A DNA stretch of 64,000 nucleotides, from NCBI GenBank assembly GCA_963834185.1, contig CAWIAR010000005.1, positions 315,863 to 379,862 on the forward strand, read 5' to 3'. The position numbers were made by a program, and so were the translations under genes. This DNA is from an uncultured Actinomycetota bacterium (GTDB taxonomy: Bacteria; Actinomycetota; Actinomycetes; Mycobacteriales; Nakamurellaceae). The notes beneath the pieces were generated by a model. It ran no database searches and was not told the origin of the DNA. It saw nothing but the letters and a program-made list of their open reading frames with translations. Shown piece by piece: positions 42,891 to 53,029 of the stretch (position 1 is the first letter of the stretch; each line of letters opens with the position of its first letter).

Positions 42891-44992
42891 TCAGTTCAGG
42901 GGTGCGACCCGTCCGTCCGGTTGCACAACGCCGATCCACATCTGCCGGGTCGGTCAACGCCGATCGTGGACGGCACCCGTTGCAACGGCTGCTCCCATCC
43001 GGTGATCGAGGAGATGACGGTGGGAGCCGGCGGGGTGCCGGTCGTCCAGGTCACGCTCTTGGGGTCGAACGTCACGGCCATCACCTCGGTGCCGTAGTTG
43101 GCGCGGATCTTGGCCAGACCCCCGGTCGTGGCCTCGACGTACTGCAGCGTCGGCACCTCGCAGCCGATCTTGAACGTCGGCAGGAACCACGCCGAGCCCG
43201 GGTTCTTGCCGGTCAGCACGACCGGGCGGCGAGTCGACCACGGCGCAACTCTGTTCATTTCCGGACCTGGCCGGCGCCGTTGGCGGTGGTCGCCACCGGG
43301 CCGGACCACGGCAGCACGCAAACGCGACGATCGACGGCACGCCAGCCCGGCCCCGATCCAGGTCGGTCGCCGGCCGCCGGTTGACCAACTCCCGCAACGG
43401 GTAGGTCGCGGCGATCAGCAGGCCGGGGATGATGATCGGCAGGAACCGGCGCATGGCCCAGATCTGATCCGGGAAGATGGAGATCTTGTTCAGGTAGAGC
43501 AGGGAGGCGCAGGCGACCGTCAGTCACGAACATCGCGACCCGCGGATCGCGATGGCGCGCGATGCGCGCCGCCAGCAGGGCGACGCCGATGCCGGCGAGC
43601 AGCACGGCATCCAGCCCAGGTACATGCCCAGCCAACTCACCGACGATTCGTCGTAGCTGCGGGATGGGATCGCGGGCAGCCCGGAGCCGGATCTGCATGC
43701 CGCGTACGGCGTTCTGGCCGGCAGCCGCGGTGAGACGCGCCGTCCACCACAGTGGTCGGCTGGCCAACAGCACGCCGATGAGCAAGAGCCGACGAGGGCG
43801 ATGGCGCGACGGCGGAGCGTCGTTCGGCGAGACCGTCGCGGAGTCCGCCGAGCGGCAGGAAGGCCACACCGACGACGACCAGGCCAGGCCACCAGCGTGC
43901 CAGGGCCAGCGGAACGACATTGTCCGACTCCTGGCTCAGGTAGATCGGTGAGTTGCATCCTCGAGTCCAGCAGCCCAACGCGTTCATCAGCTCGGCGCCG
44001 AGGAAGAACCGGTCGCGAACCGCGGCGCGCCTGCGCACTGCGTCGACCTCGCGCCCAGGGTGACCACGCCGAACCCGGCCAGGACGCCGACGATGGCGAT
44101 GCCGCCGTCGATCCGGGCGAGGGAGCCGACCCCGGTCAGCACCCGGCCACCGCGAAGGCCACCACAGAACGGCGTTCCCAACCTGCCAGAGCAGCACCAG
44201 CCCACCGAAAATCGCGGCCAGGCGGTCGGCTCGCTGTACGGCGCCCGGGAGAAGGCGATCATGGGCATGCACACGGCCAGCGCGGCGAACGGCACCAGGG
44301 CCCAGAGCGGGCCGAGCAGCCGCCGGGCGAAGGCGTAGACGGCGAGCAGGGCGACTGCCCCGATCGCCAAGTTCGCACTGAGCAGGGCGGACAGCCCTTT
44401 GACCCACCCGGCGACCCCGAGCAGGCCCGGGAGCAGTCCGCTCGACTGCGGATAGATCGTCTCGCCTACCACCGGAAACGCGAGCGCGGCCAAGCTGACG
44501 CCGGGTGTCCCGCCCGCGGCGAGCGCTTCCTGGGACATGTCGATCAACGGCGTCGTGTGGTCGGTGAGCCACATGCCGCGCAGGGTGTAGATGCCCGGGT
44601 CCCGTTGCAGCACGACGTATTGGGCCGCGTACCGGTGATTGACCCAGATCCACACGAGCACCGCGACGCCGGCGAGGGCCGCACCCACAGCGGCCCGCGT
44701 CGCCGCCCGGTCGCTGGCCGCTCCGGGCGGATCACCAGTTGCGCCCGGCAGCCGACGCCGTCGATAGCGCGAGGGGGTGACGAACCAGAGGCCGACCACG
44801 AAGATCACGGCCGCCGGGATCACCAACCAGGGCGTGAACACCCGGAAGGTGACCGCAAGCCCGACCGGAATGCAGGCGGCGAGAAAGCTGGTGACCAACC
44901 GGTCAGGGGCAGCCACCACGGCGCGGGTCGCAACGCTCGGTCCAGCGTGCGGCGTCCGCCGAGATCGGCGTCGCTGCCGTTGTCGTGGTCAT
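42891..44992 (-). CDS. GT-C-like membrane protein, tandem copy 1 (many apparent frameshifts)
   Basis: QRDPGIYTLRG, FSRAPYSEP, RIDG, MRRFLPIIIPG, C-terminal ..VQPDGRVAP; ATGA overlap at 44989-44992. Confidence 0.72.
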
Positions 44993-47119
44993 CCGAGAGC
45001 CTGACCCAGGGGTGCCACCCGTCCGTCGGGTTGCACCACGCCGATCCACATGTCCCGGTGGGTGATCGCGACGGTCGACGGAACCCGTTGCAGCGGCTGC
45101 CCCCAGAACGCGATGTTCGAACTGATGGTCGGTGCCGGCGCGGCACCGGTCGTCCAGGTCACGCTGCTCGGGATCGAAAGCGACAGCAAGGACGTCGCCG
45201 CCGTAGTTGGCCCGCATCTTCGCCAATCCCTCGGTCGTCGCTTCGGTATAGCGGAGAGTCGGTACCTCGCAACCGATCTTGAAGGTCGGCAGGAAGTACG
45301 CTGGACCCGGGTTCGGGTCCGGTCAGTATCACCGGTCTACCCGCGACATCCGTGCAGGCTTGCTGCATCTCGGCTACCTGCCCACCGCCGTCGGCCGTCG
45401 TCGGTACCGGCCCCGGACCAGGGCAACAGCGCACCACCGAGTACGACCGCACGCCAGTCCGGCGGCCAGCCAGGTCAGCGAGCGGCGTCGCGGGCCAGCT
45501 GTTGCAGCGGGTAGACGGCCGCGAGCAGCAAGCCCGGGATGATGATCGGCAGGAACCGGCGCATCGCCCAGATCTGGTCGGGGAAAATGCTGATCTTGTT
45601 CAGGTACAGCAGGGACGCGGCAGCGACGGTCACCACCACCATGGCCACCCGCGGGTCCCGGGTGCGGACGATGCGCGCGGCCAGCAGTGCTACGCCCGCG
45701 CCGGCCAGCAGCACGGTGATCCAGCCGTGGTACATGGCCAGCCAGGACACGGACGATTCGTCGTAGCTGCGCGACGGATCGATCGGCAGGCCGGAACTCG
45801 TCTGCATACCGGTGATGGCCGGCTAACTGACCGGCTCTGAGAACCGACCGGTCCACCAGAGCGGCCGGCTGATCAACAGCAGACCGACCACGACCGAGCC
45901 GATCCCGGCGACCCAGCCGACCGTGCTACGGCGGTCGGCGAGCCAACTGCGCAACCCCGCCAGGGGAACGAAAGCGAACGCGACCACCAGCACCCAGCAG
46001 ACCCCAGCCCCGATGGTCAGCGGGATGACGTTGTCCGACTCCGTGGTCAGGTAGATCGGCGAATTCCGTTTGGCGTCGAGCAGGCCGAGGGCGTTCATCA
46101 GGCCGGCCGCCAGAAAGTACGCGGTGGCGTAGAGCGCGGCTCGACGGCGGACGGCTGTGGCTCTGGCGAACAGCGTCATGACGCCGAACCCGGCGAGCAC
46201 ACCGACCAGGGCGATACCGCCATCGATCCGCGCCAGCGAGCCGACGCCCATCAGCAGGCCCGCCACCACGAAGCCGACCAGCCGTCGGCGTTCCCAGGCC
46301 AACCACAGCAACAACAGCCCGCCGAAGGTCGCTACCAGCGCAGTGGGTTCGCTGTACGTGGCTCGGGAGAACGCGATCATCGGCATGCCGAGGGCGAGCG
46401 CACCGAACGGCACCAAGGCCCAGAGCGGCCCGACGAGCGGCGGCCCAACGCGTATACCGAGAGCAAGCCGACCGCGCCGATCAACAAATTGCCGACGAGG
46501 ATGCCGGTCAGCCCCTTGACCCAGCCGACCACCGCCAGCAGGCCAGGCAGCAGACCGCTGGACTGGGGGTAGATGGTCTCGCCGACGACCGGAAACGCCA
46601 AGGCGGCCAAGCTGACCCCAGGTTGCCCGCCGGCAGCCAGCGCCTCGCCGGACATGTCGATCAGCGGCGTGGAGTGGTCGGTCAACCACATGGCGCGCAG
46701 GGTGTAGATGCCGGGATCACGCTGCAGCACGACGAACTCGGCGACATAGTGTCGATTGACCAGGATCCACAGCAGCGCGCCGACGCCCGCGATCGCGGCG
46801 CCCAACGCCGCGCGCGACGGCCGCCCGCTCGTGGTCAGCGGAGGCGCAGTCGGCACCCTCGTCGACCGTCTGACCCCGATACTGCGATGGCGTCAGGAAC
46901 CAGAAGCCGATGGCGAAGATCAAGGCCGCCGGGATCACCAAGCCGGGGGTGAACACCCGGAACATCACTGCGAGTCCGACCGGGATACAGGCCGACAGGA
47001 AGACGGTGACAATACGGTCGGGGGCGGCGATGACTGCCGCTCGCAGCAGCGAGAGGGCCCGAGGCTGTCGCGGGCCTCGAGGCGCGCGGGTGCGGCGGGC
47101 TCTGGGCCACGACCGCCAT
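44989..47119 (-). CDS. GT-C-like membrane protein, tandem copy 2 (apparent frameshifts)
   Basis: QRDPGIYTLRA, FSRATYSEP, RIDG, PDQIWAMRRFLPIIIPG, IGVVQPDGRVAP; SD GGAAGGA. Confidence 0.72.
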
Positions 47120-47227
47120 CAGCAATCCTTCCCTGGAACCGTCCCACCCGAGCCGTGCGCGCGGCGCCGTGCCGGTCGGGACGATACCGGAGCGGAGCGC
47201 GCGTTCCGCCGCTCCACGCAGGGTGCG

Positions 47228-49343
47228 TCATGGCTGGATCGGGGCCACCCGGCCGTCGGCCTGCACGATGCCCATGTAGATCTCGGTGGACTCGTCCACC
47301 GGGTACGCCGGCGGGCGGGACAGCGTCGACTCCCACATCTGATAGCCGTCCGCCGCGACCGGTGCCGGTCGGTTTCTGGGTCCAATCCACCTGGTCCGGC
47401 TTGAAGGTGACAACGGTGACGGTGCCGCCCCAGAGCTGCGCGATCTTCGCCACCGTCTCGGCGGGGACGGGCAATACCCGCTTCTGCGCGTCCCGATTGA
47501 CGTACGCCAGTACCTCGGAACCGCACAGATTGCGGTAGGTGGGCTGGTAGTAGCCCATGTCCGGCAGGCTGCCAAGCACCAGCACCTTGTTGTCCGGCGC
47601 GATCTTCGCGCAACTGGCCATGACCATGTTGTATTGGCCGGCGCCCTCGCGGACGGTGAACATCTGCCCCCACGCCGTCGCGGCCGGCACCATCATCGCC
47701 GCCACCACAACGGGCACCACCACCGACGGCCACCATCTGGCCGCGGGTACCGCCGTCCCGCCCACCGCGTCAACTCGTAAGCACCCCAGGCGAAAGCCAG
47801 CAGCATCCCTGGGATGATGATCGGCAGGAACCGACGCATCGCCCAGATCTGGTCCGGGGTGATCTTCATGACGTTGAGGTACACCATCGCGTTGACCGCC
47901 GGCACGGAGAACACCAGCAGCAGCTTGGCATTGCCGCGCCGCACGATCGTCCACACGATGGCCAGCACAGCGATCCCGGCCGAGATCACCAGCGGCCAGC
48001 CGAAATACCAGGACAACCAGTTGACGCTCTGTTCGTTGTAGTTGCGGGATGCCGTCCACCGGCAGCCCTTCGGCCCGCTGCCGGTTGGCGACACCGATGG
48101 CGTATCCGCCGGCGAGCGAGTGCGGCCGTGTAGAACAGCGGTCGCAGGCACAGCACCACCAGCACCACCGCAGTGCCGGCGGCCAGGATCCAGGCCAGCC
48201 TGACCCGATGCCGGGCCAGCCACCGCCCGACGCCCGGTCAAGCGGCAAGTACTCCGAGCAGCAGGGCGAACAGGACGACGCCGACCGTGGCCAGGCGCAG
48301 CAGGCCGAACTCCTTGCGCAATGCGTAGAGATACTCGGGCGAGTGGAAGTTCAGGTCGGCCCAACCGAGCAGGTACATCGGCACGGCGCCGGCCAGGAAC
48401 CACAGATAGCCGAACAGGGCCTTGCGGCGACTCTCCAGCTGGGGGGCGAACCCGGCCAGGGCGCCGAACCCGACCGCCGCCCCGGCGATGGCCAGGGCGC
48501 CGTCGATCCGGCACAGGCAGGCCGCGCCGATGCCGATGCCGGCCAGCAGCCAGAGCAGCGGCCGGTTCTCCTTCCACGCCACGGTCAGGGCCAGCATCCC
48601 GACCAGCACGACGAGCATGGAGATGGGCTCGGTGTAGGCGACCCGGGAGAACGCCGCCATCGGCATGCACAGCGCGAGAGCAACCGGCGGGACGAGGCCG
48701 AACCACGGGCCGGCCAGCCGTCGCGCGACGGCGTACATGACGACCAGGGCGGCGGCCCCGATCATCAGGTTCGCCTGGAACAGCAGGGAAGAACCGCCGA
48801 ACCAGCCCGCCACCGCAATCAGCCCTGGCACCACCGTCGTGCTCTGGAAGTGCCGGATGAGCTTGCCCGGTCTCGCCGCCGAAGTCCAGGCTCAGACCCC
48901 TTGACCTGCTTGCGCATGTCCAGCAGCTGCTGGGTCAGCGTGACGTCCGGGCTCGGGTGGTCCATCAGCCAGAACCCGCGCAGCGTGTAGATCGACGGAT
49001 CGCGGCGGACGGAGATCAGTTCGGAGTAGTAGTGCCGGTTGGCCAGGAACCACACCACGGCGAGGGTGACCGCGATCAGCACGCCGATCGCCTGCTGCCG
49101 GTTCGCCGCCAGGGCCCGCGGCGCCATCCGCCAGCTCGCCGCGACCAGCACGGCGGCCAACGGGAACACCGTGTACGGGTGGAAGATCGACAGCTGTACG
49201 CAGATCGACACCGCGATCGTCGAGGCCAGCGCGATGACCGCGAACCGGTCGGGGATTGCGGTGAGTGCCCGCAGGTACCACGGCGGGGCGGGCGATTCGT
49301 GGGTCTGCGGAGCTGACTCCACAGGCGCGTCGGCGACGGTCAC
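47228..49343 (-). CDS. GT-C-like membrane protein, tandem copy 3 (apparent frameshifts)
   Basis: RRDPSIYTLRG, FSRVAYTEP, RIDG, PDQIWAMRRFLPIIIPG, GIVQADGRVAP. Confidence 0.72.
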
Positions 49344-49374
49344 CGCAGGGACGTTACCGAAGACCGGACCGGAT

Positions 49375-50604
49375 TCAGGCCAGCCGGAACAGCGTCGAGC
49401 GCAATCCGAGCGCCAGCCGGAATTGGTCGCCGGTGATCGTCGCGGTGGAGCCGGTGCTCGTGGTCAGCTTGATGGTCAGCGCCCTGCCGTGCCCATCGGT
49501 GCCGGCCACGGCCACCGACGTCAGCGTGCCGGTCACATAGTGGGCCAACGGCGCGGTCGAGACGGTGACGGTCCAGTTGTGGTACGGATTCGCGTTCGTG
49601 GCGTCGCCCGCATCGCTGACCGCCGGGAACGTGCCGCCGGCCGTCCACCCGCCGGTGGAGGCGGAGAACTCGGCGTACTGCACGGCGCTCCCGCGCATGA
49701 TCGCGATCCCTGACGTCGCGGTGACCGCGGCCGTCGACCGGGCGTCCTCCGGCGACACCCGTTGCGGGCCGCGCCCCGGTACACCTGGCAGGTGGCGGTG
49801 TCGCAGGTCTTCGCGTAGCTGTAGCGCTTCTCGGTCGCCGCGTACGAGCGGGCCGCGATGGTCTGCGCCTGAACGGCCTGGGCGCCCCAGCCCGCCTGCC
49901 GCATCGGCCCACGACGCCGGCATCTCGGCCGGAACGACGGACTTGAGGTAGTCGCCCAGTGCGACGGTGTTGATCAGCCGGCGTCCGGCCGTCGTCTTGT
50001 CCGCCGACCGGAAGGTCAGGATGCCGCGGTAGGAGACCTTGGCGCCCGGTTCGCAGACATTGAGCATCTTGGCCGTGGTGGTGCCGGGTGCGGCGACGGA
50101 CGACACCGCCACCACGCCGGTGGTCACCGTGCCGATCCGGACCTGGGTGGAGCCACCACAACCGTTCCCGCCGCGGTACACCGTGTAGGTGTTGCCGCCG
50201 GTGTAACGCAGGATCGCCGACTGCCCGGCCTCGAACCGGTACTTGTTGCCGACCTTGAACCAGGCCGCGGAGGTGATCCGGACGTCCTTGCCGTCCAGCG
50301 CGGTCAGCCGGACGGTGACCGTGGCCGTGTCCTTGGTGGTCGCCGGTCGGCCGAGCGTGGTGCCGCCGTAGAAACGGGAAAGGATCTGCTGGTAGGTCCA
50401 GTGGTACATGGTCGCGTAGCCGTACGCGCCGTATTGGCCCATCCCGCGGCCATGTCCGTAACCGTGACCGACCACGGTCACCTTGGTGACCGCGGCCGCG
50501 CTTGCCACCGCCGCGCTCGCAGGTGCCGCGGTCGGCACGGCGATCGAGGCTGCAACCAGCACGGGAACGAAGGCGCGGAGCAGACCGCGGGGCACGAGAC
50601 GCAC
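49375..50604 (-). CDS. Secreted SpoIID/LytB-family protein without DUF4214 tail (compensating frameshifts)
   Basis: Signal peptide, GHGYGHGRGMGQYGA, YLKSVVPAEM, AQTIAARSY, CDTATCQVY, FRLALGLRS; SD AGGAG. Confidence 0.85.
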   Translation of the reverse strand: MRLVPRGLLRAFVPVLVAASIAVPTAAPASAAVASAAAVTKVTVVGHGYGHGRGMGQYGAYGYATMYHWTYQQILSRFYGGTTLGRPATTKDTATVTVRLTALDGKDVRITSAAWFKVGNKYRFEAGQSAILRYTGGNTYTVYRGGNGCGGSTQVRIGTVTTGVVAVSSVAAPGTTTAKMLNVCEPGAKVSYRGILTFRSADKTTAGRRLINTVALGDYLKSVVPAEMPASWADAAGGLGRPGRSGADHRGPLVRGDREALQLREDLRHRHLPGVPGRGPQRVSPEDARSTAAVTATSGIAIMRGSAVQYAEFSASTGGWTAGGTFPAVSDAGDATNANPYHNWTVTVSTAPLAHYVTGTLTSVAVAGTDGHGRALTIKLTTSTGSTATITGDQFRLALGLRSTLFRLA

Positions 50605-50770
50605 GAAGAAGACTCCTGGCTGAGGAAGGGTGACCTGGTCGGCCGTCGACGAGCTGAGCGTCGCCTGTCCGACGGTAGCCACCGTCGGCGGCGCGGTGAG
50701 CAGCCGGAGACGCGGAACACTCCTGTTTGTTCGCATGGCTCACGGCAATCTCACAGCCGGTCGCGAGGAG

Positions 50771-51622
50771 CTACCTGCTGGTCACTCTGGCGGTGATCGC
50801 GAAGGGCGTCCCGACCCTCACCACCCAGTCGCGGCGCGGTGGCTTGAGGATGGAATGCGGCCAGGCCGTCGGGATGGCGCAGTAGGGGCCTGGGACCAGG
50901 TCCATGCCGAACGCGCCACTGCTCGCCGTTGTCTTCTGCACCACCTGCGCCGCTGCGACGCATGACCCCCTGCGCACCGAGTAGCGGACGCCGGCGACCG
51001 CCTTGTTCGCGGTGTCCCTGACCACCAACTTGCCGCGGACCTTGGCGGGCGTCACCACTTGCCCGGCCTGCACGTTGTCGGTGAACGTCATGGTGTTGAA
51101 CGTGCCGTGTGCGCCGGCCATGGTGCCCATGCCGATGTACCGGTAGGAGGCGCCGAGGATGTTCGCCCGGTGGCCGGGCGAGTGCATGTATGCGTTGAAG
51201 ATCTCCTGGGCCGGCACCGACGACGGGGAGAACTTGGCGACGTTCTCGCCCCACGAGGTGCGGTTGGCCGCGCCGTAGTCCGGGAGCATCGTCCAGGCGT
51301 TGGGATTGTGCTGGAGCACGTATCCGGTGCCGCCGGTGGCCAGCCGCGTCGACCACCAGACCGACAAGGAGTCGAGGCCTTTCGCCTCGCGGACCGGTTG
51401 CAACCCGTAGGCGGCGCGGGCCTTGTTGACCAACGAGATCATCTGCTTGTCGAACGCGGTCTGCCGGATCGGCGACGCGGCGGCCGCGACTCCGCCGCCG
51501 ACGAGCACGCCCGAGAGCACCAATGCCAGCGCCGACCAGCGCCGCGACCAGGGTGCGGGTGGAACTGCGGTCCCCGGAACGTCGGTGTCGGCGACCTGCC
51601 ACCGCACACCTCCGATCACCAT
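50771..51622 (-). CDS. Secreted CAP (SCP-like) domain protein with C-terminal beta domain
   Basis: LVNKARAAYGL, LQHNP, WGENVA, YMHSPGHRANIL..IGMG. Exact start uncertain. Confidence 0.85.
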   Translation of the reverse strand: MVIGGVRWQVADTDVPGTAVPPAPWSRRWSALALVLSGVLVGGGVAAAASPIRQTAFDKQMISLVNKARAAYGLQPVREAKGLDSLSVWWSTRLATGGTGYVLQHNPNAWTMLPDYGAANRTSWGENVAKFSPSSVPAQEIFNAYMHSPGHRANILGASYRYIGMGTMAGAHGTFNTMTFTDNVQAGQVVTPAKVRGKLVVRDTANKAVAGVRYSVRRGSCVAAAQVVQKTTASSGAFGMDLVPGPYCAIPTAWPHSILKPPRRDWVVRVGTPFAITARVTSR

Positions 51623-51723
51623 CAGTCAACAGCGTGCAACTGAGCGTGCCGCACTGGCATGGGTCACATGCTACGGAATCCGGGGCCCTGTGTAGACCCT
51701 CGAGCCCGGTCGACGGTGGGGAT

Positions 51724-51742
51724 GGCCGCTCGCGGAGCGGCC
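51724..51742. terminator. GC-rich hairpin downstream of rmlD
   Basis: GGCCGCTC-GCG-GAGCGGCC perfect 8-bp stem, no U tract. Confidence 0.35.
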
Positions 51743-51769
51743 GAGCCGATAGGGGGAGTAAGGGTGTGC

Positions 51770-52664
51770 CTGAGCCGGCGGGTAGGAAGTCGTCCCGATG
51801 GCGGCTGAATGCCTCGGCCAACGCCTCCCGCCACGGCGGGTAACGGGACGGAGACCTGCGGCTGCCCAGGCCTCGGGCGAGAGCACCGAATACGCCGGGC
51901 GGTGCGCGGGCCGCGGGAACTGGGCAGTGGTCGTGGGCAGCACGCGCTCCGGGTCGGTTCCCAGCTCCTCGAAGACCGCGCGGGCCAGTCCGTACCACGT
52001 CGTGCTGCCGGCGTTGGTGGCGTGCAGCACTCCACCGGGCACGTCCGCCTCGGCCAGCTCCAGGAGCCCGGTCGCGAGGTCGGCGGACCAGGTGGGCGAA
52101 CCCAGTTGGTCGTCGACCACCGACACCGTGGGGTGGGACTGTTCGAGTTTCGCCATGGTCCTGACGAAGTTCGAGCCGTTCGCGCCGTACACCCACGCGG
52201 TCCGCACCACGTGCGCGTGCTCGTGGGCGTCGAGCACCGCCTGCTCGCCGGCCAACTTCGACGCCCCGTAGACGCTGCGCGGGCCGGTCGGGTCGTCGAT
52301 CTCGTAGGGCCGGTCGGCGTCACCGGGGAAGACATAGTCGGTGGACACGTGGATCAGACCGGCACCGACGGCCGCGGCGGCCGCGGCCAGGTTGCCAGGG
52401 CCGGTCGCGTTCACCGCGAAGGCCCGTTCTCGATCCGTCTCCGCCGCGTCCACCGCGGTGTAGGCGGCAGCGTTGAGGAGCACTGCTCGCTCCCCGCCGG
52501 TGCTCGCCGCCCAGTCCCGGACCGCCCGACCCACCGCGGCTGCGTCGGTGATGTCGAGCTCGGCACTGCCCAGCCCGGTGGCGTTCAGTCCGGCGGTCGC
52601 CGCGGCCGCGAGCAGGTCACGTTCCCAGCTGCCCGCGGGCGCCGGTGATCAGCAAGGTGGTCAT
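51770..52664 (-). CDS. rmlD: dTDP-4-dehydrorhamnose reductase (apparent frameshifts; 3' end approximate)
   Basis: MTTLLITGARGQLG, NAAAYTAVD.AE, HVSTDYVF, YGASKLAGE, RTAWVY, DDQLGSPT, RPAYSVL, WREAL. Confidence 0.92.
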
Positions 52665-52761
52665 CGCTGGCCATTGTGCGGCACGGACCGACCTCACCCG
52701 CGTTGCCGGCCGCTGTTCGGCGTCATCAGGGTGAATCCCGCCCTCAATGCCCCCAACCCTT

Positions 52762-52834
52762 GTTGATCATGGCGTTCTCGTACGGTCTCAACGGCGTGTT
52801 GCACCGACACGCCGCCAGGAATCCCATGATCAAC
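52762..52834. repeat. 73-bp palindromic REP/MITE-like element
   Basis: Terminal inverted repeat GTTGATCATGG...CCATGATCAAC (11 bp, perfect) enclosing the inner stem CGGCGTGT/ACACGCCG. Confidence 0.7.
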
Positions 52835-53029
52835 TTTCGGTGAGGCACGGCATCCATCCACGGGCGGCACGCGGAGCAACACAGGTTCGGCGGTCCGGGA
52901 AGGTTCCGCCGATACCCTGGGGAACGCCTTGTCCAGGCAACCCGAGGTCGGCGCGGAACGTCTCCAGCCTGACCACACGAGTTCGTCCCCCAGCACGATC
53001 GGGCGGGCGTATGTCAGGAGAGGACACGG

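Noticed and set aside
36504-50604. SpoIID genes as evidence of endospore formation
   Set aside because: SpoIID/LytB domains are widespread in non-sporulating actinobacteria, and no other sporulation genes are present.
11114-52664. Mass pseudogenisation or programmed frameshifting of rmlA, wbbL, rmlD, the GT4s and the GT-Cs
   Set aside because: Breaks are scattered single-base indels, often compensating, with intact motifs and no common slippery site. Sequencing error is the simpler explanation.
52720-52750. GGGTGAATC resembling part of a c-di-AMP (ydaO) riboswitch
   Set aside because: The other conserved segments of the motif are absent, and it is not upstream of the hydrolase genes.
52694-53029. 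Short ORFs in the rmlD-LCP intergenic region
   Set aside because: Poor codon bias, overlap with the palindromic element, and no motifs.
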